Source: Octopus sinensis (Eukaryota). From it: 64,000 nucleotides of DNA. The stretch lies in assembly GCF_006345805.1 (NCBI RefSeq), contig NC_043005.1, positions 63,240,001-63,304,000 of the forward strand, read 5' to 3'. Each line of letters begins with the position of its first letter. Position 1 is the first letter of the stretch. The translations under genes were made by a program, and so were the position numbers. The notes below the pieces were generated by a model. It searched no databases and was not told the origin of the DNA. It was given only the letters and a program-made list of their open reading frames with translations. Shown here in pieces: positions 39,196 through 53,650 of this stretch.

Positions 39196-41399
39196 GATTC
39201 CTTCTGTTCTACAGAAATGAGCAAAGAAAGATAAAGATATAAAACCATTAAATTGTGTATTTTTTAAAGTATAGTGAAATTAGGAATGTCTGTTAGTGAG
39301 TTAAGATTAAAGAGGGAAATATAGAGAGTGTGTACATATTCTTGGTTCGTGATGATATGATTTTATGATGCTCTGTTTTGGTACATGTTGAAGTGGTGAC
39401 ATTTAGTAAAGATCTCTGATCTGATATGTAGACAGTTTGTAGATTTATCAAAGCTTTTGAAAATAAGACTAAGCATAACTTTTGATCCAATACTAAACAG
39501 GATTCCTTTCTCACAAATCTTTCATTTTAATGTTGAAATTGGTAGCATACTCTTTCAAATTTTAGACATAATTTGACAAAAATTTGTTCCACTTTTCTAT
39601 ATTTCTGAAGTTATAGGGTTTTCACTTCATTAAGTGCTTTCTGGAGCATCACCTTATTGATGAAGGAATATTAACTGTTATTTCAGGAACAAACACACAC
39701 CTTCTGTATTTTCTTCAATAGCCTTAACCAATTAATAGATAATTCTGACTTAATTTTACAAACATGCTTTGATATTGTCAAATCTATTTCACCATGCTCA
39801 TTACAATAAAGCAGAATAAATCATATTTACCAGAAGCAATCACATTCTTCCTGTTTCTCTCTCTTTATTTACCAGGGGCAATCACATTCTCTTTACTTTT
39901 TCTCTTCAATTTTAACCCATTAGTCGATGCTCGTATACTTGCTACACTTTATAATATTACAATCTTTGATATCTTATATTCTTAACTCTTTAACTTTCCA
40001 CACTCATTTGTGTACAACATATTTTTCTATTTTCTTCCATTCACAGTCATAATATTTATATCGTTTAAGCTTGCTTTTGTATACCTATCCATGGAAAATA
40101 ACTTGCCCTTTTCTACCCTATCAAATGATCTGCCTGGTTAAAGTGAACCGAAGCAAAGAAGTATAATTGATTGACACATGCCCATAGTTACCTTCCCTTG
40201 ACAGCAAACAATTATCAGCCTGTTTTTTTTTTGCCTAAGCATGTAAATTAACCTGAGATATTAAGTTTTAATTTCTTTAAATTATTTCTCCTTTTTCTTT
40301 AAGAGTTGCTCACAATTACCACCATGATTTTCTTTCTTCTCTCCAAAATGGAAATTTCAATTAATTAAGAATTCCTTTTGCATATAGCATTCAGCACATC
40401 ATACTTTAACTTAATTACCCAAAATAATGCCATTGGCTCTGTTGAGTTATTTCCCTTAGCTCATTTTATTTTGAAATTATTTGCACTTTGTGATCTGTTT
40501 GTATTTACATTTGCTAATACAGACTACCACTAATTTTCTGTAATTCTACTGTTTCACCAGATATGAAACAGTTTCAGAGTGTACATTTCTAAAACTTATT
40601 GAACATATTAATTACTTCTCATATGATCACATCAGATAACTTGTTGCACTTTCATATATCTCACAGCTCTTTGTCTTTTAATCAGTGTAAATTCCCTTGC
40701 TTCCAACACAGTATAAGAGTGACACACTCACACATACATGCAAAGGCACAGATGCATAGATATTCACAAACACATATATCTGCACACACTTGCATTATAC
40801 ATCCTTATCTTTCCATGTCAATGAACACATTTGCATACGTAAGCATAACACATATTCAGGCATATGAACATACATGAGCAACATAAGAATTTCCAGATTT
40901 ACAACACACATGCACATACACAGATATACCAAAAGATGCATGCATATATTGATATATATATATAATGTATGTACGTATGTATTTATGAATGTATGTATGT
41001 GTTCATGTATGTATGCTTTTTTGGATGTATGTATGAATACATGTATGTCTGCTTGTATGTACATATTTACACACACACATAAACAATATTTCCAGTGACA
41101 TACAATTACTGGCTCAATATATTGTTACTGAAATACATGTGCATTTATGTACATATACACATATATTTACAAGTATATATACATTTTACATATACACATG
41201 TAGAGGCATGAAGAGAAAGTGTGAGGACATTTAGAAAACTTGCAAGTTCTTAATGCTCCACACCAATGGATGTGTATTCCTTTGCAGTAAGTGCAAATTG
41301 TTTTTTAAATATTTAGACAGGATAGAAGAATGCCAGCTACTATGATTCTTTTTAATTTTCAGGGCCTCTGAGACAAGTGGGAAGAGAGAATGTTAGTCA

Positions 41400-41695
41400 C
41401 AAACCAAAGGAATGACTCAAATGCATAAAATAAGGAAAATTCTTCCCGAGTCATAAAAACTCATAAGGCAGATTTCCCAGTTTCCATGGCATATAGATTC
41501 CCCACCTGGATGGGATGTTGTTTTATCACAGGGTTGCTCCTTTTTGCCAGCTGAGTGGACTGGGGCAATGTGAAATGAAGTGTTTTGCTCAACAACACAA
41601 CCTGTGGCCCGATCCAGGAATTGAAACCACAACCTACAATCATGAGTCCAACACCTTAACCACTAAGCTACGCACCTCCACATGCATGAAGTATG
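41400..41695 (-). mobile_element. SINE family D variant
   Basis: Reverse complement: GAGGTGCGTAGCTTAGTGGTTAAGG head, GTGTTGTTGAGCAAAACACTT box, CCTGTGAT...CATCCCATCCAGG block. Confidence 0.7.
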
Positions 41696-41989
41696 GTGAA
41701 CTTTACAAAAAGCATCTAAGGAACACCTGACCAGCAGGTGTGAAATCAGGTGACGCATTGCATCTACCATCTATAAACTCAGAAGGCAAAACATAGAACA
41801 CTGCAAAGCCTTCCATTCGATGCTTTTCCAATTTCATAAATCCACAGTTCTGGACTGGCAATTTGTTTTATTAACCCCAGAAGGGTGATAGACTGATCTC
41901 ATTTAGATCTGTGCACCCAACTTTGTTTTGAAACAATTTCAATAATCTTCCTTTTTATTTTCTATTATTTCTTTTGCTATTTTACATGT

Positions 41990-42186
41990 TTCAGTCTTTT
42001 GACTGCTGCCATGCTGGAGCACCACATAAAAGGGATTTTGTCAAAGAAATTGACCCCAGGATTTATTCCTTGTAAGCCTAGTATTTATTCTATCAGTCTC
42101 TTTAGGCAAACTGCTAAGTTACAGAGACATAAACACATGACCATTGATTGTCAAGTGATGGTGAGAAGAGAAACGCAGACACAAAG

Positions 42187-42217
<31 letters not shown>

Positions 42218-42385
42218 CAATGGGCTTCTTTCAGTTTCCATCTTCCAAATCCACTCACAAGGCTTTGATTGGCCTGGGGTTATAGTAGAAGACAATTGCC
42301 CAAGATGCCATGCAGTAGGACTGAACCAAGAACCATGTGGTTATGAAGCAAGTTTCTTACAACACAGCTACACCTGTGCCTATGT
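41990..42385 (-). mobile_element. SINE family A
   Basis: Reverse-complement homology to 9865-10275. Confidence 0.85.
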
Positions 42386-43456
42386 TTAATAAAATTTTAA
42401 AAAGAATAGTGTTCCATTACACTTTCTGGCATCTTATTTAGTGTGCTGTGGAATAAGAATATGCAAACACAACTGATATAAAGGTATCTAAAAGTACATT
42501 ATCCAAAGTGTTCTTCCACTTTCTATCATTACCAAGTGTAATTTGAAGAAGATTTATGCACTATCTTTAGCAGGTCAAGTGACTGTGAAAAGCTCTCTTT
42601 TTTGGTACATGATGAACATTTTTATGTAAGCATTTAAGTATTGGTTTTTAAAAGGTGGATTTTCAAGAGAAGAAAATTACCATCTAATATTCAGTCAGCT
42701 AATTCAATCTGTGAGTAGATCAGAGTGAAAATATGTAAAATTCTTCTAAATTTCAACACTTCAATACAGCTGTTATTTATATTCCAGAGATGGTGCTTTT
42801 GTCTCTTGCATAGAAACCAGTCATTTATTTTGCAGAAAGATAGCAAAGAATTCAGGAAAGAAAAGAACAAACTCCGACTACTTTATTGGATTCAATAAAT
42901 ATTTGTGAAAGGAAGAAGAATGCTATATTTCCTTATTGCTAATTAAATAGTAGTAAAGCTAGTATTCTACAATTCATAAATAAATGTTTTCTCTCAAGTG
43001 CTTGATAGCATCTAATGTTACAGTGATACTGTTTCTAATACTACTCATAAAATAGTATAAAGGAAAGACATCAAACTTTCCAGTGTCCCCAGCTAAAACC
43101 ACATATTATAGATAATTATCCTAGACCAGCTGAAAAGATAATAAATTTTGACTTGGCTAATATAATATGACCAAATGATTGAATGTTTTATAGCATTTAA
43201 GCATATATACAAAAATCTACATCTATCTACCTACCTATCTTTCTCTGTATGTGTGTGTGTGTGTGTTTGTGTATCTGTGTGTATGTGTGTGTGTGTGTGT
43301 GAGTAATGTATATGTGTCAATATATTTATGTATTGATATTTCTCTGAATAACTATAAGACAATTTTATTTTGTGAGATAGAGAAAATAGTCTACATATAC
43401 AAATACATATACATGTATATATATGTGTGTGTGTGTGTGTGATGTGTGTGTGAGTG

Positions 43457-43498
<42 letters not shown>

Positions 43499-43505
43499 AT
43501 ATATA

Positions 43506-43650
43506 GGGAGAATTCACGGAAAAAACAAAAGATGAAGACAGATGGTGTACAAAACAAACAGATGTATTAGTATAATGTTTGGGAATTGAAAAAACGTTTC
43601 GAGCCTATACTCTTCCACAGAAAGGAACACAGAAAGAAACAAGGAGAGAA
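43506..43650 (-). mobile_element. Short hammerhead-bearing element (same family as 8300-8458) ending in (TA)n
   Basis: Minus strand CCTTT CTGTGGA A GAGT atag GCTC GAA ACGT at 43625-43594; 3' strand of stem I deleted. Confidence 0.7.
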
Positions 43651-43727
43651 AAAATATATTTATATATTAATGTATTGATGATATATATATGCATAAATAT
43701 ATATATATAATCACTGTTGATGTCCCA

Positions 43728-44268
43728 TCCTTCATGTCAAAGATCAGCACCAGTGTTGCGAGTTGGGTCTATGTGTATGACCCTGAGATGAAGCAGCAGT
43801 CATCATAATGAAAGTATCCATCGACTGTAGCCTAAAATGTGCTACTGCAACATTTTGTAGCATTTGAGGAGGACATTCGACAAAAGCAGCTGTGTATGCA
43901 GAATGCGAAAATTTGTATTCTTCAGGACAACACTGCACCCCATTTCTTGCCATAGATAAAATGGTATCACATTCACACCCATCCTATTCACCAAATTTAG
44001 CACAAACAGACTTCCATCGCTTGTCCAAGCTGAACATGCAACTCAAATGCTGCAGTTTTAATACTGTTGCCGAGATCAAGAAAAAATCACAGAGGGTCTT
44101 TGACTTGCTTACAGACTTCTATGCCAGATTCCAAAGGTGGCAGGAACACTGAGACCAGTGAACTGATGCACAAGGTGAGCATTTCAGAGCAGATGATGTT
44201 AAAACTTAGGTAAATAAGTTATTTTTTATTAAACATAGCTGGTTTTGGAACCTTTTGATATAACCTCG
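43728..44268 (+). mobile_element. mariner transposase relic with right end
   Basis: SFMSKISTSVASWVYVYDPEMKQQSS, EDIRQKQ...ILQDNTAPH, HPSYSPNLAQTDF; ends TTTTGATATAACCTCG-TA. Confidence 0.8.
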
Positions 44269-44559
44269 TATGCATGTAGAACAAGTTGCTCTTCTTCACC
44301 CAGAGAGAGAAGTCCTTTGTTGCTTGAAGAGAACATTTTTACATGCCATTCTTTCTCTGGTAATTATGCTTTCAGAACATCTACCTCCACTGGTAATTAA
44401 ATCTCATAATGAACAAAAGCTATCAATTCTAAATGAGCAACCTTATGAGCATTTCATGGAATTCATAACATGTATTCTTACTGCTAATTAGACTTGTAAA
44501 TCTGTCGTATAGGAAGTGTACCTAATCTATAAGCCAGTCTGTGATTTAGCTGTATAACT

Positions 44560-45060
44560 TGCAAACCCATAGTTCACACAAAGAACACTGTATGAAATTC
44601 TTGCCATCTTCTTTTCTGCATGTGGAACACAGGCACTTTCCTGGTGGTTGTAGGGTCCTGTCCTCTTCTTGACTAACTAAAACTTCGCTCGTTGTTAGGT
44701 TTATTTTGAATCATCTAGATTGTAGATGATTCCATGTTTGGAATTTTCAGATATGTGAGCAAAGTCATCAGCATACAAGAGTTCCCATAGACAAGTGGTC
44801 TTTAACTTGTCTGATTAGATTTAGAAGAATATAATAAATTAGAAGAGGCTAAAAACAGTGCTTATTTTTAACTTTCACCAAGTCTCTGAAGTCGTTCATC
44901 CCTAGGTTTCTTAGTGACCACCAGACTACAGAGGATGAAATCCTGTTAAAAGACTTCTCCAGGTACTTCAGTAGTTGACCAAATTCTTTTGATTTCCACA
45001 TTATCTACTATTTTGCTCCAATCTTACATTAAAAGATTAAAGTTGCCAATGCCCATTTAA
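44560..45060 (-). pseudogene. Old RTE reverse transcriptase relic
   Basis: Minus translations YLEKSFNRISSSVVWWSLRNLG and LWELLYADDF. Confidence 0.7.
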
Positions 45061-46114
45061 GTATATTAATAACTCATTAGATACCCCAAACGAAGGTAGA
45101 AGACATTTCCACAACGTGACACATAGTAGGAATAAATTCAGAAGAATGTAGATACTAAACAAAGTTTTTAGCCATATGTTCATGACTGTACCAAAATTAA
45201 TAACTATCTCTCTCCTCTATAGGATATCAGTCTATTGCAGGTGATTCTCCTTCAAGTGTAATTAAATACAACAATAATCAGAAATATCATCGACACTGTT
45301 TCTTAGCTACCACCTGCAGCATTAAATTGCTTCTGTTATGTAGTAACTTAATTACAGTTAGGTTAGGTTTATAAGAAAATTTAAGAGCAAAATGTCTGTG
45401 ACTACAGGTACTATACAAAATGATTTACACAAGCGATGTGAATGAAACTACCAATGTCTTCCTTCATTAAATCATTCACATGTGCTCTTATATTAGAGTC
45501 ATACCTCCAAACATACAAAGATGTAAGTAGAAATATGATTGTCAGTCATTCATATAAATTTGAATGTTGCAGTCTTAGTTGAAAATCAGACAAGAAAAAA
45601 TATTGATAGTTGGTTAGCATATTGATGTGGCCAGATATCTCACATTGCTCAAATAACTTCTTGAAACTCATAAACATAAGTTGCTCAAATACACAAAGAA
45701 AATGTTAGATTTTATACATCCTCTGCAAATTAAATTTCTTATGAACAACCTCTGAATAAATTTTTGATAAAGCAATAAAACATGTAACATAAAATTCTAA
45801 ATTAAAAACTTTTATTTTCAGCCTGTCACCAAGAATACAGGAAATGTCAGCAAAGAGAACTTAGTTCTTTTTCCATGTGTTAACTTTTATTTGAAACTCC
45901 AGTAATATGTGTGTATGTGTATATATATATATATTTATATATATATATATATGTAAAACTTTCCAAAAGTTTAGAATTTGAATATATATGTATATGTCTA
46001 GACATGCAACTACATACATGAGAATACACATATAAAGCAAAACATTCAAATCTGCACATGTACTGACTCCAAAGTATTGCACAAATCTAGAAATATAACT
46101 AAATGATAACATGC

Positions 46115-46525
46115 ATAGGTGCAGGCATGGCTGTGTGGTAAGAAGCTTGCTTCCCAATCATATGGTTCCAGGTTCAGTCCCACTATGTGGCACCTTGGTC
46201 AAGGGTCTTCTACTAAAGCCACAAGCTGACCAAAAGCCTATTGAGCAACTAAAAGAAGCCCACCATATATATATATATATATATAAGTATGTATTTATGT
46301 GTATGTGTCTTTGGGTCTGAGTTTGTCCCCCAATATTGCTTGACAACTGATGTTGGTGTGTTTACATCTCTGTAACCTACTGGTTGAGCAAAAGAAAATG
46401 ATAGAATAAGTACCAGGCTAACAAAGAATAAGTCCTGGGGTCGATTCCTGTGACAAAAAATCCTTTAAGGTGGTACTCCAGCATGACCACAGTCAAATGA
46501 GTAAAACAAGTAAAAGAATAAAACA
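46115..46525 (+). mobile_element. SINE family A
   Basis: Head, GCACCTTGGTCAAGGG box and family tail. Confidence 0.85.
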
Positions 46526-47863
46526 ATAAAACAATACATCTTTTAATATGCGGAGTAATATTTGAAAAAAATATTATTTAACATAGACAGAAACAGAACA
46601 GCTGTAGCCATAACCTTTGTTGGGACTTCTGATTCAAAGAAAAGTGGAAAGATATCAGACCTTAGACCAGCTCTGAATATTTGCTATTTGGTGATACCAC
46701 TAAAATGACTTTAGAGTCAGATTTTGATGTTTAAACAAGCAATGAATTAAATCTATCATCCCTCTTATCTTCAAGCAAATACACTGTGGACATAAGCGAT
46801 ATAAAGAATTTGCAAAGGAAAATGAAAAGAAAACTCTCTATAGATTTGAACCCAAATTTTCAAGTAAAGGCCATAACTAATTATGTGAATTATGCATTTA
46901 TGAGAACAGGACTCACTATTTTAATTTGTAATATAAAAATTTATCTCTCATTTAGTGCTTCCATTTTTCTTTTCACTGTATTCTATTTGCGAACACATGC
47001 AGTTTAAAATACAAAAATATGTGCAATCATCAATCCTAGATTGACTATCAATTAATTAATTAATTAGATGAAAAATAACGATAATAAAAATCAAAAACAA
47101 AGCAAGAAACAAGGGATAATTATGAAAGAAAGTCGTCAATAAATTGACAGTGAAAATAGAAAACAACTAAAATTTCATCACATGATAACATACTGTAATT
47201 ACTTAAATATAATTTGACCTCAAAATATAAGGAGACCTGCAATATCTTAATGAAGACACAAAAATAATTGCTTTTGTTCATTGTTAGCATACAGGATTTT
47301 TATTGTAGTGAAAATGATTGCCCTTACTTTTGTAAAATGATATTATGGGTGAGTTAACTTCAATATAAGAAATTTTTAGTATTTTCAAAATTAAAGTTGC
47401 TCATAATTATTTGTGGATAAAAAGTTCACATTAGAGTAATGTCGTTTTGAGTTTGATCTCAGTGTGAAGCAAATTAGGCAAATGTAGGACCATAATCTTG
47501 GATCAGCCCAAACTTTGTGAATTACATTAGGTAGGCTGAAATTCCACAGAAACTCACAATTTCGGTTCTGCTTGTACTTGGATGGTACAATCCAATCTGT
47601 TGACCATTTTAACACAACCATATGGCTCTTGGGTACTTCCCATGGTGTTCAATATGTTTCAAATAGTTAAAACTGATCTCAGGTCTGAGAATAAACTAAC
47701 AGCAGCTAAGATATAAGAGATAAAAACGAATACATTGACATCCATGTACTCATACACACATATCTATTCCCTTCTTCTCCTTTCTTTCCTTCTTTCTTTC
47801 TTTCTTTCTTTCTTTCCTTTTTTCCTTCTTCTTTCCTTCCTTCCTTTCTTTCTTTCTTTCTGC

Positions 47864-47900
<37 letters not shown>

Positions 47901-47904
<4 letters not shown>

Positions 47905-48765
47905 GGTTGGACAAAATAATGGAAACACCTTAAAATTTGAAACAAATTTATTTTAATATGGGGTAGGACCACCTTTGGCAGTAATTACAACTTGAATTCT
48001 ATGAGGTATGGACTCGTACAAAGTTTCAATTGCTTCCAAAGGAATTTTTGTCCATTCTTCAGCTAAAACAGTCTTCAGTTCTTGTAGTGATGATGGTAGA
48101 GGATATCGACTCCTTACTTGTTTTTTTTAAATGCACCATAAATGTTCAATAATATTGAGATCTGGGGATTGTGGTGGCCAGATAAGATATTCAACTTCAC
48201 TAAAATGTTCCTCGTGCCATTCAGTAACAACTTTAGCTGTGTGAATTGGTGCATTATCATCCTGAAAGACTGTGTTTCCCCCTGGAAACAGTTCCTCAAA
48301 CATAGGATGAATTTGATCAGATAAAATGCATAAATAGTCTTGACTATTAATTCTGCCATGAAGGGAAACCATTGGACTAGCAGATTTCCAAGATATAGCC
48401 CCACAAATTATCACAGATCCTCCTCCATGCTTCTTTTGGCTGTCTCCACATGTATACTTGGCCAGTGCTCAGAAATTAGGTATAGGATGACTTCTCCGAA
48501 AAAATAACATTCTTCTACTGCTCTAGGGACCAATTCTGTAGGTTTTTACTCCACTCTAAAAGCTTTGCAACGTTTGTTTTTGAAAGTAGTGGTTTTCTGA
48601 TTGCAGCCCTCTCAAGAAATCCGGCTTTGTGCAGCTCCCGGCAAACAGTTTTTGTGGAAACTGGGTTCTTGTGGTGGTCATTAAGCTCTGCAGTAATTTT
48701 GGGAGCTGTACTTTTGTGATCCTTTCTAACAATTCACGTAAGAGTCCAATAGTCCGTATCTGACT

Positions 48766-48766
<1 letters not shown>
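47901..48766 (-). mobile_element. Tc1-type transposon relic (DD36E spacing), 5'-truncated
   Basis: End TA-CAGAGGTTGGACAAAATAATGGAAACACC; HTH region KSTAPKITAELNDHHKNPVSTKTVCRELHKAGF; FQDDNAPIH...WPPQSPDLNIIEHLW. Confidence 0.9.
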
Positions 48767-48796
<30 letters not shown>

Positions 48797-48797
<1 letters not shown>

Positions 48798-48972
48798 ACA
48801 GGCTTCTTTCAGTTTCCACCTACCAAATCAACTCACAAAGCTTTGGTTGGCCTGATACTATAGTAGAAGATACTTGCTCAAAGTGCCATGCAGTAGGATT
48901 GAACCTGGATTGTGGTTGGGAAGTAAGTGCGACTGTTTTGGGGAAGTAAGCTTCCTACCACTCAGCCACATA
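48797..48972 (-). mobile_element. SINE family A head half
   Basis: GCTTCTTTCAGTTTCC...ATACTATAGTAGAAGATACTTGCTCAAAGTGCC. Confidence 0.75.
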
Positions 48973-49016
48973 GTTGTGTATGTGTATATATCTATATGTA
49001 AGTGTGAGTGTGTGTG

Positions 49017-49076
<60 letters not shown>

Positions 49077-49649
49077 TGTGTGTGCTGTTGTCTCTTTCTT
49101 TTGACATTGCATGATAATTGTAAACAAGTGTCACTGTCATTCATGTTACCTTATTTGGAAACATGTGAGGGTTAGCAACAGGAAGGGCATCCAGCCATAG
49201 AAAATCTAACCCAATGAAAGCATGGAAAAATGGACATTAAAATGATGATGATGATGTCAATGATAATCACATTCTCAAGTTAAATTAGTCAACAATTAGA
49301 TATTTAGATCTTCTCCAATGAGTTATCACTGAAGTCATTAAAAATTTCCAGAACATTAAGCTCATTTTCCAGCTTTTTCTTTTTTAAAACTGTTCTTTGT
49401 AGTTAAGTGGATAACATAAGTGGAAATTTAAACTCTCTTTACTTGAAACACAATACAGAGAGAATATGTGCAATCAACACATCAACCATTAAGATGACAC
49501 TCCATTTTAAGGCTCTACACCATTCTCTGTAAATACCTTGAAATGTGAGCAAGGTGAAGAAACCATTCTAATACAGTATTTAATTTCTAGATTGGTTCCC
49601 AAGTTTGTGTTTATGTAGGTATGGTCATCTGGTTTCAATGTTCATTTTC

Positions 49650-50112
49650 CTATCACATGGTTCTGAGTTCAGTCCTGCTGTATAACACCTTAAGCTAGTG
49701 GCTTCTACTATTGTTCAGGCTGACCAAAGGTTTGCAAGTGGATTTGTTAGAGGGAAACTGAAAGAAGCCTGTCGTATATGTGTATAAATGTGTGCATGTC
49801 ATGTGCATGTGTGTGTGTGTGTGTGTGGGTGGGGGGGAGTGCTTTTGTTTGTGTTTGTGTCTCCTTGTTTTGACATCACATGATAGTTGTAAGCACCATA
49901 CAAGCAGTGTCATACATTCCCAGTCTTCTGTGAAGACATATCTGGCCATGAGGAAATAACATCTTGCTTGAAAAACAAGTGAGGATAAGTGACAAGAAGG
50001 ACATCAGGCTGGAGAAAAACCACTTCAGGGAATTATGTTTGAACCATGCAAGCATGGAAATTGTGAATGTTATAACAATGATGATGAAGATGATGATGAT
50101 GATGATGATGAT
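49650..50112 (+). mobile_element. SINE family A with RTE-type tail (a second tail fragment at 49085-49260)
   Basis: Family A head then AACCATGCAAGCATGGAAA...(GAT)n tail. Confidence 0.7.
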
Positions 50113-50619
50113 ACAGAATGATAAGAACAATTAATTTTATTAGCTCATGAGAATCATGGGAGTTAAAATTATAAAAATAAGTAGGATTCATTTTTATCTT
50201 AACTGAGAGGATTTTTACAGGTAAACAAAATAAAATGAAGCTAGATAAAAATAAAAATATATCTCTATTGTTTATCAATTAAGAAATATTAAATATCAAA
50301 AAAATAATACATAAATATATGTAGAAGAGAAGTTTATGAAATATCAGATATAATTTAATTAAAATTATAGTAAAGAAAAACTATTGTAGTACTTAAAAAA
50401 GAAAATTACTTTGAAAAAACTTCTTAATTAGCTAATTATAAAGGAGATTTAATAAAATGATTGCAATATTTCTGAAAATATTGCAGTTTGAATTAGACTT
50501 ATAATTCTTTTTTTATTCCCCTGAACTAGTTGATAGTTGTATTAATGTGTTTTTTGAAGGGAATTAATTTTCATTGATGAAATTTTTGTTAATTAAGAAC
50601 TTGTTAATAAACAAAAACA

Positions 50620-50669
<50 letters not shown>

Positions 50670-52175
50670 AAAATTCCATTGTCTCATTATGACAAATGAC
50701 ATTCAGGAAGAAAATTTACACACACACAAAAAATTGTGTTGAAACAATTATGAGAAAACTATATGGTGCAATTTAATTTCTAATTAATATAAGAGTCTAT
50801 GATAATAAATAAATATTTATGAATCGTCTTCTATAAGAAGTTTTATTCTATTCTCAGTTTTAAGACAATAACATAATCACATGAAACGACAGTGAGTTTA
50901 TGATATTGTAAAGAAATGCATTTAACACTCTATAGTATATTGATACTTTATATTCACCAGGTAGCACATGGGCACTATGGCAACCATACAACCTAGTACA
51001 ACTTGTTATACTGAACAGGTCTAGGGATACTAAACTGGTAGCCTCATCAAGCCTGTTTGGTGAGGAGGGTGATTTTGGAGCATAAGAGAATAACAAATAA
51101 ACTCTGAGAAAGGGCAGACGAACCTAGGAGAATCAACAGTTATCCAATATCATGAATTGGAAACATCTTAAATATGCATGTTTAAGATGCATTCAAAAAC
51201 TAGGTTTAAGATGGGCTGTGAAGAGGAAACCCAGTCATCAATGGCTGGGTTTCAGTTGGCAGAAATATGATATCCAGTTATGTCACTGTAAGATGCACAC
51301 CATAAAACAATTTGAGACACATGGATAAACCTGGTCATCCCAGTGAATCTCTGATACACCCCTCCACTCCCAGCAGTTTCAACCATGCTTTGTCACTGGA
51401 CCAGGAAATATGAGTTGAGAAAGTGAAGCTATTCATCCTTTCATTGTAGTAATCAGGGTAATACATGCAACCATGATCTCATCCATAGTTACTTCCCTTG
51501 TGGGGGAACACAGAAGGTGTTGTGTAGGTGGTACTAAGACACAGTTGCATCCTCCATTGCTGATACCCTTTAAGAAATGCTGTTGACATCTTTAGGATAA
51601 ACATTATATAATTTCAGATTAAAATCACAGTAGCATAGTAGATAATCTCCTCAATCTGTAATTTAAGTTCAGTTATTGTTTGTATCTATTTCATTTATGC
51701 TGATAGCTTCAGACAATGTATAAATGCCACATCATACATTTTCCACCACAGGGCATCCCTAGTACTAGTAACCATTTATGAAAATACCTATGACAATTAA
51801 GAAACCTATTCAGTTTAATATTCTTATAATCACAATTTACCTCTTATTTAATTCAGTTTCATTTTTTTGTATTCTGAAATAGTTTAAATATGAAGTGAAA
51901 AGCAATTATTTTGCATCCTGAAATAAGGGATGATATCAGACAAGTTAAGTATCAAAACAGTTAAAGAAGTTCACCTTACACCTCATAAGAATAAGTCAAT
52001 ATTACCTCTGAAACTACATTTATGTATTTGATTTATGAGATTCCTGATGTGAAAGTGTGTTTTGAAACAAATATTGTTATACTTTAGGATTGTCATTTTT
52101 TTAGTTTTTTGCCAATAAACACATGCACTATATATTCATTCTTCACTTCGGATTTATTATTACTCTTATTTTATT

Positions 52176-52219
52176 GTCTGAAAATCTTTCGTCACACATC
52201 CTATGACCTCTTCAGTGAC
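52176..52219 (-). ncRNA. Minimal type I hammerhead relic (Penelope-like style)
   Basis: GTCA CTGAAGA G GTCA taggatgtg TGAC GAAA GATTT TC AGAC: intact core and stem II, imperfect stems I and III. Confidence 0.45.
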
Positions 52220-52730
52220 TCTCCATACCACGTATCTCTTCCTGTTCTGTTTAGTTCAATCTGTCTAACCTTTGAATGGCTAACCTTTGAAATATTATAG
52301 AAATATTACAAAAAATAATCTAAGACCTCATCATTATCATCATAGTTTTAATGTCTACTTTTCCATACTTGTATGGACCAGACAGAATTCATTGAAGCAG
52401 CTTTTCTATGGCTGTATGACCTTCCTGTCACTCACCCTCAACTATTACTGATCAAGATAATAATCTCCTACATACTGAACAATGAACCGTCTGTACATAG
52501 TCTCAAGGCAAACTGGAAAACAATTGACACCATTTGAATGACATTTTTGTTTATAAAGATCGAGCAACATGGACATACTTTTACAATTGAATGCAATCTA
52601 AGCTCACTGCCTGTATTAACAAAAACTTGGCTGTTTACAGGCATTGAACCCACTGAAGATGAGGGGAAATATGAACTCAATCATACAAACATACATATAT
52701 GTATACATACATATATAAGTGTATGTATGA

Positions 52731-52793
<63 letters not shown>

Positions 52794-52943
52794 GATATAT
52801 GTATATATATATACACATATATATATATACATATATATACACACACATATATATACACACACACACACATACACACATATATATACACACACACACACAT
52901 ATATATACACACACACATATATATACACCACACATATATATAC

Positions 52944-53010
<67 letters not shown>

Positions 53011-53650
53011 TCATATATATATATATAGGCACAGGTGTAGCAGTGTAATAAGAAGTAAGAAGTTTGCTTCCCTACTATATGTTAACAAATACATGGAGTA
53101 AAAATATTTACATTAATTCTGCATAATGGTAGCAGGATCAATGTAAATATTTTAGCTCTGTGAATTTGTTAACTATGTTGAATAAGTTGAATTGTCCTTT
53201 ATTTATGAAGATCATGAATTCACCTGACGAATACAGCTTCTTTGCAATGATGTATGTTCTCATTAATCAATTAAAGGCATCATTAGAAATGGTCATAATG
53301 AATTGACACCTGTACCTCTTTGTTACTCATATTTTATTCACCTATACTGGAATCTATGCTTTGTAAATATTACAAACAGTATTTTTAAATATAAAGTACG
53401 TGTCTGAATAGCTAAGAGTGGATTTCTGCACTCAAGCTGGCTTTTATTATCTGCATACACTGCAAGAATATTATGTGATCAGTACTTATCCACCAAGGCT
53501 GATATCCGCTTAATATTGTTGAGTATGCATGTTACACAGACCTAACAAGGTGCCTCAATTTAAATACCTGATTCAACTGAATCTATTGTATATGTATGTG
53601 TATATCTATATATCTATCTATCTATCTATCAATATATATATATATGTATA

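Noticed and set aside
51014-51057. Minus-strand AACAGG cTTGATGA GGCTA...TAGT...CTAG CCTGTT, in a module shared with 60377-60450 (which lacks the central 23 nt)
   Set aside because: Stem I and a core-like half are present but GAAA is missing; cannot be supported without a consensus
52640-52685. CTGAAGA-T-GAG...CTC as a hammerhead
   Set aside because: Only 3 bp of stem II and no GAAA
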